A stretch of 33,264 bases of DNA from an uncultured Chromatiaceae bacterium (GTDB lineage Bacteria > Pseudomonadota > Gammaproteobacteria > Steroidobacterales > GCA-2729495): assembly GCA_964541975.1 (NCBI GenBank), contig CAZISL010000028.1, positions 1 to 33,264 on the forward strand. The letters are read 5' to 3'. The notes beneath the pieces are model-generated. The model was not told where the DNA came from, did not search any database, and saw nothing but the letters and a program-made list of their open reading frames with translations. Position 1 is the stretch's first letter, and every line of letters begins with the position of its first letter. The position numbers and the translations under genes are program-made. This document shows, piece after piece, positions 15,506-24,203 of the stretch.

Positions 15506-16021
15506 ATGCAAGACAAGGTTTTCAACGTACTGTTCCTGTGCACTGGAAATTCAGCCCGGAGCATCCTGGCGGAGTGCCTGGTTAACCGTTGGGGCAAGGG
15601 CAAGTTTCGGGGCTTCAGCGCAGGGTCGCACCCGACCGGTGACGTTAATCCCATGGCCATTGAACTGCTGCGCCGGAACAACTTCGCCGTGGACGATTTG
15701 CGGAGCAAGGACTGGTCCGAGTTCGCCGTTCCGGACGCCCCACGGATGGATTTCGTGTTCACGGTTTGCGACAGCGCCGCGGCGGAGCAATGCCCGCTCT
15801 GGCCGGGTCAGCCGATGACGGCGCACTGGGGTACGCCGGATCCTGCGAAGGTGGAAGGCGACGAGGTGACCCGCATGATGGCCTTTCGTGCGGCGTTGTC
15901 GGAACTCGAGAATCGTATCTCGATCTTCGTAAACCTGCCCGTCGCTGCGCTCGATCGATTGAAGCTCCAACGGGAACTCGATGCGATCGGCAAGACCACT
16001 ATCGCGGCCGACACCCGATAG
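15506..16021 (+). CDS. arsC: Arsenate reductase, low-molecular-weight phosphatase (thioredoxin-coupled) type
   Basis: LFLCTGNSARS P-loop (CX5R) plus the downstream cysteines in FTVCDSAAAEQCP. The ATG at 15506 has GGGAG 8 nt upstream. The ORF-track start at 15416 would overlap acr3. Confidence 0.9.
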   Translation: MQDKVFNVLFLCTGNSARSILAECLVNRWGKGKFRGFSAGSHPTGDVNPMAIELLRRNNFAVDDLRSKDWSEFAVPDAPRMDFVFTVCDSAAAEQCPLWPGQPMTAHWGTPDPAKVEGDEVTRMMAFRAALSELENRISIFVNLPVAALDRLKLQRELDAIGKTTIAADTR

Positions 16022-16034
16022 CCATTCGTTCGCG

Positions 16035-16080
16035 AAAAAAAGGCCTGGTTCGATTGCCGAACCAGGCCCTTGTTTTATTT
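16035..16080. terminator. Bidirectional rho-independent terminator shared by arsC (+) and the tRNA-Ala/Glu operon (-)
   Basis: GGCCTGGTTCG (16042-16052), loop ATTGC, CGAACCAGGCC (16058-16068). The stem is flanked by A7 (16035-16041) and by CTTGTTTTATTT. Confidence 0.85.
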
Positions 16081-16154
16081 GGCGTCCCCAAGGGGGTTCG
16101 AACCCCTGTTGCCGCCGTGAAAGGGCGGAGTCCTAACCGCTAGACGATGGGGAC
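16080..16154 (-). tRNA. tRNA-Glu (anticodon UUC), CCA encoded
   Basis: The reverse complement GTCCCCATCGTCTAGCGGTTAGGACTCCGCCCTTTCACGGCGGCAACAGGGGTTCGAACCCCCTTGGGGACGCCA folds as a 75-nt cloverleaf. The anticodon loop is CTTTCAC. Confidence 0.95.
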
Positions 16155-16183
16155 GTAGCTTGCGTTTGGAGCTGGCGAGAATC

Positions 16184-16259
<76 letters not shown>

Positions 16260-16273
16260 GAAACTGCGGCGAG

Positions 16274-16302
16274 ACTCTACGCGAGGCCAAAAACGCTGTC
16301 AA
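16274..16302 (-). promoter_or_regulatory. Sigma70 promoter of the tRNA-Ala/tRNA-Glu operon
   Basis: The minus strand reads TTGACA (16302-16297), 17-nt spacer, TAGAGT (16279-16274). A GC-rich discriminator (CTCGCCGC) follows, and the tRNA 5' end is about 15 nt downstream of the -10. This is the classic stable-RNA promoter layout. Confidence 0.75.
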
Positions 16303-16479
16303 GAATCGCTCAAGCCGCTGATTATCTGCAGTTTTCGACGCCAAATACTGGGCTATGTCCGGGACCTCCTCAGCGGCCTATTCGGACGCTAATGCTTTAT
16401 TATCCATAACATATAGGCCGGGATTCCGCCCAGCCAGCCGGGGCTCCAGAAAGATTTGATCGATTTTTTCGTCAATCCG

Positions 16480-18522
16480 ATGTCATGGCACGCGGTCGCA
16501 GCCGCGGTCTGCCTGATGCTAGGCATATACGTCGCCGTGACCGGCAGCGGCGGGCTGCTGAACAAGCATTTCATCGGTGTCTCGCTGCTCGGACTTCTTT
16601 GGGGAGTGTATTTCGCGTTCGTGTTCTTGCCCTCGGGCGGATTCCGGCTGGACTCTGTGTCGTTCGCCGTCGAGATCGGGTTCATGCTGAGCTGGTTCGC
16701 AATGCTGTATTGCCTGTTGCGTGGGCCGTACCGGCAATCAATGCCCGAGACGGTGCGGCGCAGCCTGTATTTGTTCTGGATCCTGATCGTTGCCTCGGGT
16801 GGTCTTGTCGCGTGGGTCGCCTGGTCGGGCGCCGGCAGCGCCCGCACGGCCAACTACTACCATGTCTTTGGGCTCAGCGTATCGCTGTTGTGCTTCGCGC
16901 TGGCGGCGCAGCTGAAGCGTGATGCGCCCGTCGAAGACCGGTCCACGCTCCGCGCCCTCGCGGCGGCAACGGGCATCGTCGCGAGCGCGCAAGTCGTCGT
17001 GTTCGGCGTCGCGACGCTGGTCGGGTGGGCGCCGGACTGGCTTATGATTGCGCGCGTCGCCGCGACGGTCGTCGCGGTGTCGATCGCCTGGTATGCCGCG
17101 CGTCGCAGGCCGCAGTGGTCGCTTGAGATCTTCGTATCGCCGCAGGGCCGCGCTTATGTTCCACGCCTGATACCGATGCTCGCGGCGTTGCTGGTCGTGC
17201 TCGCATTGACGCCGCTGTTTCGCGCGATGGACGCTGACCGCGCGCAGCTGCTCGCCACCGGCATGATCGTGCTGTCGGGCGCGCCGATTGCCTTGTTGCT
17301 GTTCTCCGAGAACCTCAGCGCCCGCCTGCGCGTGTTCATCAGCAAGCACTTCCTGCCGTTTCGATTCGACTACCGGGAAGAGTGGCTCCGCCTGATCGAC
17401 ACGCTGGCGTCCCCGGAGCAGTCCATGCCCCTGCCGGAACGCGCGATCAAGGCCGTGGCGCAGATCGTCGGCGCGCCGGCCGGGATGTTGTGGCTTCGGG
17501 AGGAGGATGACGGGCCATATGTATGCACGGCCTCGTGGAATACGCGCATGCTCGCGGACGCGGAAGTCTTGCGCCATGATCCGGCGCTGACATTCATGTG
17601 CGAACGCCAATGGATCCTGGACACCGCCGAGCTCGATCGGGATCCCGAGATGTACGAAGGCTTGCGCCGGCCCATCTGGATGGAGCATCTGCCCGACGCG
17701 TTGCTGGTCGTGCCGCTGATCAGCAACGAGGAACTACTGGGTTTCATCGTTTTGTTCCAGGCGAGTTCGGCGTTTCGCCTGACGTTCGAAGAAATCGACC
17801 TGTTGCGTACGTCCGGCCGCCAGGTCGCCGCGCACCTCGCCCAGTACCAGGCGGACCAGCAACTCGCGGAGGCGCAGCAGTTCGAAGCATTCAACCGGCT
17901 GACCGCCTTCGTTATGCACGACTTGAAGAACCTTATTGCCCAGCAATCTCTGATGGTCAAGAACGCGGCCAAGCACAAGGGTAACCCGGCCTTCTTCGAA
18001 GACGCGATGGCAACGATCGAGAATTCCGTCGCGCGCATGAACAAGCTTCTGCGGCAGTTGCAGAGTGGCGATACGTCGGGCCCGCGTGAACGGGTGGGTC
18101 TCGGCGACGCGGTAAAAGACGCAATTACGAAGGCGGAGGCTCGCAAGCCCGAACCCGCCTTCGAGAACAAGGGCGAAACCCTGGCGGCGCAGATCGATCG
18201 CGAACGGTTCACCGCCGTCATCTCCCACCTGATACGCAATGCCCAGGAGGCCACGTCGCCGGACGGTAACGTCATCATCAGGTTGCAGGAACGCCAGGGA
18301 AATGCCGAAATCAGTATCCAGGACGACGGCTGCGGCATGCCGGCCGAGTTCATCCGCAACCGCCTGTTTCGCCCGTTCGACAGCACGAAGGGCAGCCAGG
18401 GAATGGGAATCGGCGCCTATCAGGCGCGCACGTTCGTCGTCGAGTCGGGCGGTTCGCTCGAAGTCGAATCGGAGCCGAACGAGGGGACGAACGTCAGAAT
18501 TCGGCTCCCGGTCTCCCAATGA
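16480..18522 (+). CDS. prsK: PEP-CTERM system sensor histidine kinase PrsK-type (multi-TM sensor, GAF-like region, HisKA, HATPase_c)
   Basis: About 280 aa of hydrophobic helices are followed by the H-box FVMHDLKNLIAQ, N-box HLIRNAQEA, G1 QDDGCGMP and G2 GMGIGAY. The gene lies immediately upstream of the sigma54 activator. The start is either the ATG at 16480 or the TTG at 16456 (ORF track). Confidence 0.8.
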   Translation: MSWHAVAAAVCLMLGIYVAVTGSGGLLNKHFIGVSLLGLLWGVYFAFVFLPSGGFRLDSVSFAVEIGFMLSWFAMLYCLLRGPYRQSMPETVRRSLYLFWILIVASGGLVAWVAWSGAGSARTANYYHVFGLSVSLLCFALAAQLKRDAPVEDRSTLRALAAATGIVASAQVVVFGVATLVGWAPDWLMIARVAATVVAVSIAWYAARRRPQWSLEIFVSPQGRAYVPRLIPMLAALLVVLALTPLFRAMDADRAQLLATGMIVLSGAPIALLLFSENLSARLRVFISKHFLPFRFDYREEWLRLIDTLASPEQSMPLPERAIKAVAQIVGAPAGMLWLREEDDGPYVCTASWNTRMLADAEVLRHDPALTFMCERQWILDTAELDRDPEMYEGLRRPIWMEHLPDALLVVPLISNEELLGFIVLFQASSAFRLTFEEIDLLRTSGRQVAAHLAQYQADQQLAEAQQFEAFNRLTAFVMHDLKNLIAQQSLMVKNAAKHKGNPAFFEDAMATIENSVARMNKLLRQLQSGDTSGPRERVGLGDAVKDAITKAEARKPEPAFENKGETLAAQIDRERFTAVISHLIRNAQEATSPDGNVIIRLQERQGNAEISIQDDGCGMPAEFIRNRLFRPFDSTKGSQGMGIGAYQARTFVVESGGSLEVESEPNEGTNVRIRLPVSQ

Positions 18523-18629
18523 TGCCGGTCGCGTGTCATAAGAACGCGAGACGCCGAGTGCGACGCCTGCCCGGATTTATCGCCGCGCATCGGGTAAATT
18601 GTCATGTTCATCTTTGACTGAGAGATCAA

Positions 18630-19991
18630 GTGGCGCATCAGAAGAAAAACCTGCTCGTCGTCGAAGACGATCTCGGCCTGCAGAGCCAGTTGCGCTGGTG
18701 CTTCGAGAGTTACGAGGTACTCGTGGCCGAAGACCGCGAATCAGCGCTGGCGCAATTGCGGCGCTATGAGCCGCCGGTCGTGCTCCAGGATCTCGGCTTG
18801 CCACCTGACGCAGAGGGCGTCAGCGAGGGGCTGGCGACGCTTCAGGAGACTCTGAACCTGGCCCCCGATACGAAGGTCATCGTGGTGACGGGTCATGGCG
18901 ATCAGGAGAACGCGGTCAAAGCCGTCGGCCTCGGCGCGTACGATTTCTACCAGAAGCCCGTCGAGACCGAGACGCTGCAACTGCTCGTCGACCGGGCCTA
19001 CCAGATCCACGAGCTCGAGCAGGAGAATCACCGTCTGCTGCGCAAGCAGAGCACGTCGCCACTCGATGGCATCGTCGCGGCCAGCGACGCGATGCTCCAG
19101 GTGTGTCGAATGATCGAGAAGGTCGCACCGACGAATGCCACGTCCCTGTTGCTGGGCGAGAGCGGCACGGGCAAGGAATTGCTCGCCCGGGCATTGCATT
19201 CACTGAGTCCGCGCGTCGACAAGGCGTTCGTAGCAATCAATTGCGCGGCGATTCCCGAGAACCTGCTCGAGAGCGAACTGTTCGGCTATGAACGCGGCGC
19301 ATTCACCGGCGCGGTCAAGCAGACCAAGGGTAAGGTGGAAATCGCCGAAGGCGGTACGCTATTCCTCGACGAGATCGGCGACATGCCGCTCGCGTTGCAG
19401 ACGAAGCTGTTGCGATTTTTGCAGGAGCGCGTGATCGAACGCGTCGGTGGACGCGAGGAGATCCCGGTCGATGTGCGCGTGGTGTGTGCGACGAACCAGG
19501 ATCTGAAAGTCGCAATCGACGAGCACCGCTTCCGCGAGGATCTTTATTACCGCATCAGCGAGATCACCATCAATATTCCGCCATTGCGGGAGCGTGAAGG
19601 GTGTCGGCTCGTGATGGCGCGCACTCTGCTCGAGAATGCGGCGGCGAAGCAGGGGCGTTCGCTCAAGGGCTTCAGCCAGGATGCGCAGACCGCGATTCAG
19701 ACCTATCGCTGGCCGGGCAACGTTCGCGAAATGGAGAACAAGATCAAGGGCGCCGTCATCATGGCCGAAGGCAAGCAGGTCACGGCCGCGGACCTCGGCC
19801 TGGGCGACGGCGATCGCCAGGGCCCGGACCTGAACCTGCGTGAGGTGCGCCGGGCGGCCGAGTCACGCGCGATCAAACGTTCACTGGTCTATTCGTCCGG
19901 GAATATTTCACAGGCCGCCAAGCTGCTCGGCATTACCCGGCCCACTCTCTACGACCTGCTGGACAAGTACGATATCGCCATCGAAAAGTGA
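18630..19991 (+). CDS. prsR: Sigma54-dependent response regulator PrsR-type (REC, AAA+ sigma54-interaction domain, Fis-type HTH)
   Basis: GTG start. The REC domain is LLVVEDDLGLQ...VVLQDLGLPPD. The AAA+ domain carries GESGTGKE, ESELFGYERGAFTGA (GAFTGA loop) and RVVCATN. The C-terminal HTH is NISQAAKLLGITRPTLYDLL. Confidence 0.87.
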   Translation: MAHQKKNLLVVEDDLGLQSQLRWCFESYEVLVAEDRESALAQLRRYEPPVVLQDLGLPPDAEGVSEGLATLQETLNLAPDTKVIVVTGHGDQENAVKAVGLGAYDFYQKPVETETLQLLVDRAYQIHELEQENHRLLRKQSTSPLDGIVAASDAMLQVCRMIEKVAPTNATSLLLGESGTGKELLARALHSLSPRVDKAFVAINCAAIPENLLESELFGYERGAFTGAVKQTKGKVEIAEGGTLFLDEIGDMPLALQTKLLRFLQERVIERVGGREEIPVDVRVVCATNQDLKVAIDEHRFREDLYYRISEITINIPPLREREGCRLVMARTLLENAAAKQGRSLKGFSQDAQTAIQTYRWPGNVREMENKIKGAVIMAEGKQVTAADLGLGDGDRQGPDLNLREVRRAAESRAIKRSLVYSSGNISQAAKLLGITRPTLYDLLDKYDIAIEK

Positions 19992-20015
19992 TCCCGGTCA
20001 CGGTGGCCGGAATGG

Positions 20016-21011
20016 CTATTTGGCCGGATGGTCGATCAGGTGTTTCTCCCAGCGCAGTGACGTCGTCACGATCGTGTCGAGATCGTCGTACCGCGGGATC
20101 CATCCGAGGGTTTCCTTGATTCGATCGCAACCGGCGACGAGCGTCGCCGGGTCACCGGCGCGACGCGGAGCATCTTCGATCTGCAATGCGTCCCCATGCG
20201 CTTTCTCGACTGCCGCCAGCACTTCGCGAACACTGAAGCCGTGGCCGTAGCCACAATTTAGCGTCGTGGACTCGCCGCCCTTACGCAGGTAATCGAGGGC
20301 GTCCAGGTGCGCGCGCGCAAGGTCTTCGACGTGGATGTAATCCCGCACGCCTGTGCCGTCGGCCGTATCGTAGTCCGTGCCGAATACGTACAGCTTGTCG
20401 CGCTTGCCGAGCGCGGCCTCGCAGGCAACCTTTGTCAGCAGCGTGGCCTTGGCGGTCGACTGCCCGATGCGGCACTCCGGATCACTGCCGGCGACGTTGA
20501 AATAGCGCAATGTCACGTACGTCATGTCGTTGACGGCGCAGGTGTCGCGCAGCATCTGTTCGGTCATCAGCTTCGAGGTCCCGTACGGGTTGATCGGCGC
20601 CAGCTTCGAATCTTCGTCGCATACCCCGCTGTCGGGTTGTCCGTAGACGGCGGCCGTTGACGAGAAGACGAAATGTCGAACGCCGCCTTCGAGCGCACAC
20701 TGCAACAGGTTGCGGCTGGAGCAGGTGTTGTTGCCGTAATACTTCAGGGGATTCTCGACCGATTCGGGGACGATCGTGTGTGCCGCGAAATGCAGTATCG
20801 TGTCGACGCCGCGTTCCTTGATGATGCGCGCCACCAGCTCGCGGTCGCCTGTGTCCCCGACGACGAGATCGCCATGCAGCACGGCGGACTTGAACCCCGT
20901 CGACAGGTTGTCGAGCACGACGATTTTCTCGCCGGCTTCGGCGAGTTGCCGGACGGTGTGACTGCCGATATAACCGGCTCCGCCGGTCACGAGTATGGTC
21001 CGTGAAGACAT
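20016..21011 (-). CDS. galE: UDP-glucose 4-epimerase
   Basis: 331 aa with ILVTGGAGYIGSH, the catalytic YGTSK (YxxxK) and RYFNVAG. The GalE layout is present over the full length. Confidence 0.92.
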   Translation of the reverse strand: MSSRTILVTGGAGYIGSHTVRQLAEAGEKIVVLDNLSTGFKSAVLHGDLVVGDTGDRELVARIIKERGVDTILHFAAHTIVPESVENPLKYYGNNTCSSRNLLQCALEGGVRHFVFSSTAAVYGQPDSGVCDEDSKLAPINPYGTSKLMTEQMLRDTCAVNDMTYVTLRYFNVAGSDPECRIGQSTAKATLLTKVACEAALGKRDKLYVFGTDYDTADGTGVRDYIHVEDLARAHLDALDYLRKGGESTTLNCGYGHGFSVREVLAAVEKAHGDALQIEDAPRRAGDPATLVAGCDRIKETLGWIPRYDDLDTIVTTSLRWEKHLIDHPAK

Positions 21012-21060
21012 CGCTTAGTCCCATGTTCGCTCTTATTGCGGAGCACTGTAGAGCATCTCC

Positions 21061-21084
21061 CGGGCGCTGGCGAGCGCCCGTTTT
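21061..21084 (+). terminator. Terminator-like GC hairpin with a T-run on the + strand, with no + strand gene immediately upstream
   Basis: CGGGCGCT (21061-21068), loop GGCG, AGCGCCCG (21073-21080), then TTTT. It lies in the galE/amidohydrolase divergent intergenic region. Confidence 0.4.
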
Positions 21085-21205
21085 ACTTATGGTTCCGTGC
21101 CGGCCTGGGGTGGCCGGAGAGCGGCCCGGCGTGACAATTACTCATGGACGCAAGCGACCGCCGGCGTTAACTTAGCGGTCATCGAATTGAGCTTGTGGAG
21201 CCGCT

Positions 21206-22003
21206 TTGTTGGACCCCCATTCCGACTTTCTCGACCCGGACGAGCCGCCGCCGTTCGAAATTATCGACGTCGAGCCGGCCTATCCGACGTTGCTGGTCTG
21301 TGACCATGCGACCAATCGAATTCCCAAGCGACTCGGCGGCCTCGGCGTATCGGCGGTCGATCTCGAGACCCATTTCGCACTCGACATCGGCGCGGCCAAC
21401 GTGACCCGGATCATGAGCGCGAGCCTGAGTCTGCCGGCGGTCCTGTCCTGCTATTCGCGCCTAGTCGTAGACTGCAACCGGCGGCTCGATGACCCGACGG
21501 CCTTTCCTCCGTACTTCGAGGAGATTTTCGTCCCCGGGAATCAGGGTCTGGATCATGACGACCGTCAGGCGCGCGCCGACGCGCTGTACTGGACGTATCA
21601 CCGCGCTGTGCGGAATCAGCTGACGGCGCTGGAAGCGCATGCTCAGGCTCCTGCGATGCTCGCTATTCATAGTTTTACGCCGCAGCTGAACGGCCAGCAA
21701 CGGCCTTGGGAAATCGGCATCCTGTGGGACAAGGATCCACGGATCCCGCTACCCTTGCTGGAAGCCCTGCGTCGCGAGCCTGGCGTCGTCGTCGGCGACA
21801 ATGAGCCATACTCGGGCAAGCATCCGCATGATTTCACGATCGACTATCATGCCGAGGAGGCCGGATTGGCGCATGTATCGATCGAGATTCGCCAGGATCT
21901 GATCGCGACTCCCGGGGGGGCGAATCGCTGGGCTGGTATTCTTTCCGAAGCGCTACAGCCGATCCTTGCCGATCCGGGTCTGTACACGAACTGGACGGCC
22001 TGA
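21206..22003 (+). CDS. N-formylglutamate amidohydrolase family protein (FGase fold, zinc amidohydrolase)
   Basis: LLVCDHATNRIP, YSRLVVDCNR, IHSFTPQLNGQQRPWEIGILWD, VGDNEPYSG and VSIEIRQDL match the conserved blocks of this family as I remember them. The start is a TTG at 21206 or 21209 and is uncertain. Confidence 0.78.
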   Translation: MLDPHSDFLDPDEPPPFEIIDVEPAYPTLLVCDHATNRIPKRLGGLGVSAVDLETHFALDIGAANVTRIMSASLSLPAVLSCYSRLVVDCNRRLDDPTAFPPYFEEIFVPGNQGLDHDDRQARADALYWTYHRAVRNQLTALEAHAQAPAMLAIHSFTPQLNGQQRPWEIGILWDKDPRIPLPLLEALRREPGVVVGDNEPYSGKHPHDFTIDYHAEEAGLAHVSIEIRQDLIATPGGANRWAGILSEALQPILADPGLYTNWTA

Positions 22004-22019
22004 TGACAAGGGTGTCGCC

Positions 22020-23156
22020 ATGCAACCAAAGCAACCGCCGCTGACGCTGGGCATCGAGGAGGAATACCTCCTCGTCGACAAGCAGACCATGGAGCTGGTC
22101 AGCGATCCGCCGCCGACGATCATGGAGGAGTGCAAGCGGCTGACGACGCGCGTGTCGCCCGAGTTGCTGCGTTCACAGATCGAAGTTGGTACGGGCGTCT
22201 GCAAGACGATCGACGAAGCGCGCAAAGATCTCGCTCGGCTGCGTGGGGTCGTGATCGAGGCGGCTGGCCGGGAAGGGCTCAGCCCGATCGCCGCGTCTAC
22301 GCACCCGTTCGGGCACTGGACCTCACAGCACCAGACTAGCCTCGAGCGTTACCAGGACCTGACCGCGGAAATGCAGGCTGCCGCGCGACGTCTCGTGATT
22401 TGCGGCATGCACGTGCACGTCGGCGTCGACGACGACGAGCTGCGCATCGATCTCCTGAGCCAGATGCGCTACTTCGTGCCGCATCTGCTGGCATTGAGTA
22501 CGTCTTCGCCATTCTGGGAGGGCCTGAATACAGGGCTGCGATCGTACCGGCTGACAATCTTCGACGCGCTGCCCCGCACCGGGCTGCCGCAGCGTTTCGA
22601 CAGCGCGGCCGAGTATCAGCGGCACGTGGATGTCCTGGTGAACGCCGGGCTGCTCGAGGACGCGACGAAGATCTGGTGGGACATCCGTCCGAGCGCCCGC
22701 TACCCGACGCTGGAGACACGCATCTTCGACGTCTGTACGAATCTCGAAGACGCCGTGTCGCTGGCCGCGTTGACCGCTTGCCTCCTGCGCATGCTCTACC
22801 GTCTGCGCGTCAAGAACCAGCGTTGGCGCGTCTATAACCCGATGCTATTGAAGGAAAATCGCTGGCGCGCGATGCGCTACGGTATCGACGAAAGCTTGCT
22901 CGACCTCGCCAAGGGTGAGCTCGTTCCCGTGCCTGATCTGATCGAAGAGATCCAGGTAATCGTCGAGAAAGATGCCGAGGCACTCGGTTGCCAGGCGGAG
23001 ATTGCACACCTGACGGATATCGTGACGCGCGGCACCAGCGCGCACCGGCAGGTTTCCATCTATGAGCAGGCTCTCGCGGAGGGTCGCGATGAGAAGGATG
23101 CGCTGAGGGAGGTGGTGCGTTGGTTGATCGACGAGACTGCGACCGGCGCTCAGTGA
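22020..23156 (+). CDS. ybdK: Carboxylate-amine ligase, YbdK / glutamate-cysteine ligase family 2
   Basis: LTLGIEEEYLLVD, CGMHVHVGV, SPFWEG and WWDIRPSARYPTLETRIFD resemble E. coli YbdK blocks. The ATG at 22020 is 16 nt after the upstream stop. The ORF-track start at 21966 would overlap the upstream gene. Confidence 0.85.
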   Translation: MQPKQPPLTLGIEEEYLLVDKQTMELVSDPPPTIMEECKRLTTRVSPELLRSQIEVGTGVCKTIDEARKDLARLRGVVIEAAGREGLSPIAASTHPFGHWTSQHQTSLERYQDLTAEMQAAARRLVICGMHVHVGVDDDELRIDLLSQMRYFVPHLLALSTSSPFWEGLNTGLRSYRLTIFDALPRTGLPQRFDSAAEYQRHVDVLVNAGLLEDATKIWWDIRPSARYPTLETRIFDVCTNLEDAVSLAALTACLLRMLYRLRVKNQRWRVYNPMLLKENRWRAMRYGIDESLLDLAKGELVPVPDLIEEIQVIVEKDAEALGCQAEIAHLTDIVTRGTSAHRQVSIYEQALAEGRDEKDALREVVRWLIDETATGAQ

Positions 23157-24142
23157 GCGAGCCGAATCAGTCTCAGTCGCTGGCACGTCGCGTGTCGGTC
23201 GCGCCGATGATGGATTGGACCGACCGGCATTGCCGGTATTTCTTTCGGTTGCTGACCCACGAAGCTCGACTCTACACGGAGATGGTGACGGCAGCGGCGG
23301 TGCTGCGCGGCGACCACGCGCGCTTGCTCGGTTACAACGAGGCAGAACATCCCGTAGCGCTCCAGCTCGGTGGCAGCGAGCCGCAGGAACTCGCGGACGC
23401 CGTGCGCATCGCCAGCGCCTACGACTACGACGAAATCAACCTGAACATCGGTTGCCCCAGCGACCGCGTCCAGTCTGGTCGCTTCGGCGCTTGCCTGATG
23501 GCCGAGCCGGAGCGCGTCGCCGAATGCGTCGCGGCGATGCACGATGCGGCGCCGGTACCCGTGACGGTCAAGACGCGGATCGGCATCGACGATCGGGATG
23601 ACTACGAGTTCCTCCTGCAGTTCGTCGATAAAGTCGCCGCCGCGGGCTGTGATTATTTCGTCGTTCATGCGCGCAAAGCCATCCTGGCCGGGTTGTCGCC
23701 GAAGGAAAACCGGTGCATACCGCCGCTGCGCTACGACGTGGTCTATCGTTTGAAGCGTGAGTTCCCCGCGCTGACGGTGGTACTGAATGGCGGTATCGAG
23801 TCGGTCGCCCAGGTTCGCGAGCATCTGGAGCATGTCGATGGCGTCATGATCGGGCGCAAGGCTTACGGCGATCCATGGTTTCTGGCAAGCCTGCAGCGTA
23901 CCGGCACGGGCGCGAGTGACAAGACCAGGCAAGACATCGTGATCGCAATGGCCGAATACGCCGCCGGTCAGATCGCGGCGGGCGCGCGGCTTCATCACAT
24001 CAGCCGTCACATGCTCGGCTTGTTCACCGGGGTCCCCGGTGCGCGCCGCTGGCGTCGGTTCATCAGCGAGCGTGCCGGCCGCGACGGCGCCGACGAGCAA
24101 CTGCTGATCGACTCCCTGTCTGTTTTCGATATTGCCGCTTGA
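23153..24142 (+). CDS. dusA: tRNA-dihydrouridine(20/20a) synthase DusA
   Basis: RVSVAPMMDWTDRHCRYFFRLLT and NLNIGCPSDRVQSGRFGACLM are DusA hallmarks. The candidate GTG start at 23153 overlaps the ybdK-family stop (GTGA). The TTG at 23120 is the ORF-track alternative. Confidence 0.9.
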   Translation: MSEPNQSQSLARRVSVAPMMDWTDRHCRYFFRLLTHEARLYTEMVTAAAVLRGDHARLLGYNEAEHPVALQLGGSEPQELADAVRIASAYDYDEINLNIGCPSDRVQSGRFGACLMAEPERVAECVAAMHDAAPVPVTVKTRIGIDDRDDYEFLLQFVDKVAAAGCDYFVVHARKAILAGLSPKENRCIPPLRYDVVYRLKREFPALTVVLNGGIESVAQVREHLEHVDGVMIGRKAYGDPWFLASLQRTGTGASDKTRQDIVIAMAEYAAGQIAAGARLHHISRHMLGLFTGVPGARRWRRFISERAGRDGADEQLLIDSLSVFDIAA

Positions 24143-24203
24143 ATGCGCGCACCGTATTGGCGACACTTCGCCTTGTGGGCGTCGCGTAACAATCAAGGGA
24201 AGA

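Noticed and set aside
14436-15762. Alternative-frame ORFs over acr3/arsC (14436-15455 +, 15142-15762 -)
   Set aside because: The same high-GC artefact applies. The ACR3 frame carries the conserved membrane-protein sequence.
16486-16500. TGGCACG-CGGT-CGCA near the prsK start
   Set aside because: The GG-to-GC spacing is one nt short of the sigma54 rule, and the string lies inside the prsK coding sequence (codons for SWHAVAA).
16738-18519. Three long minus-strand ORFs antisense to prsK (316, 338 and 261 aa)
   Set aside because: They are Arg-rich, motif-free and mutually overlapping, while the + frame has complete HisKA/HATPase motifs.
23150-24196. 348-aa ORF antisense to dusA
   Set aside because: It has no recognisable domains, and the dusA frame is unambiguous.
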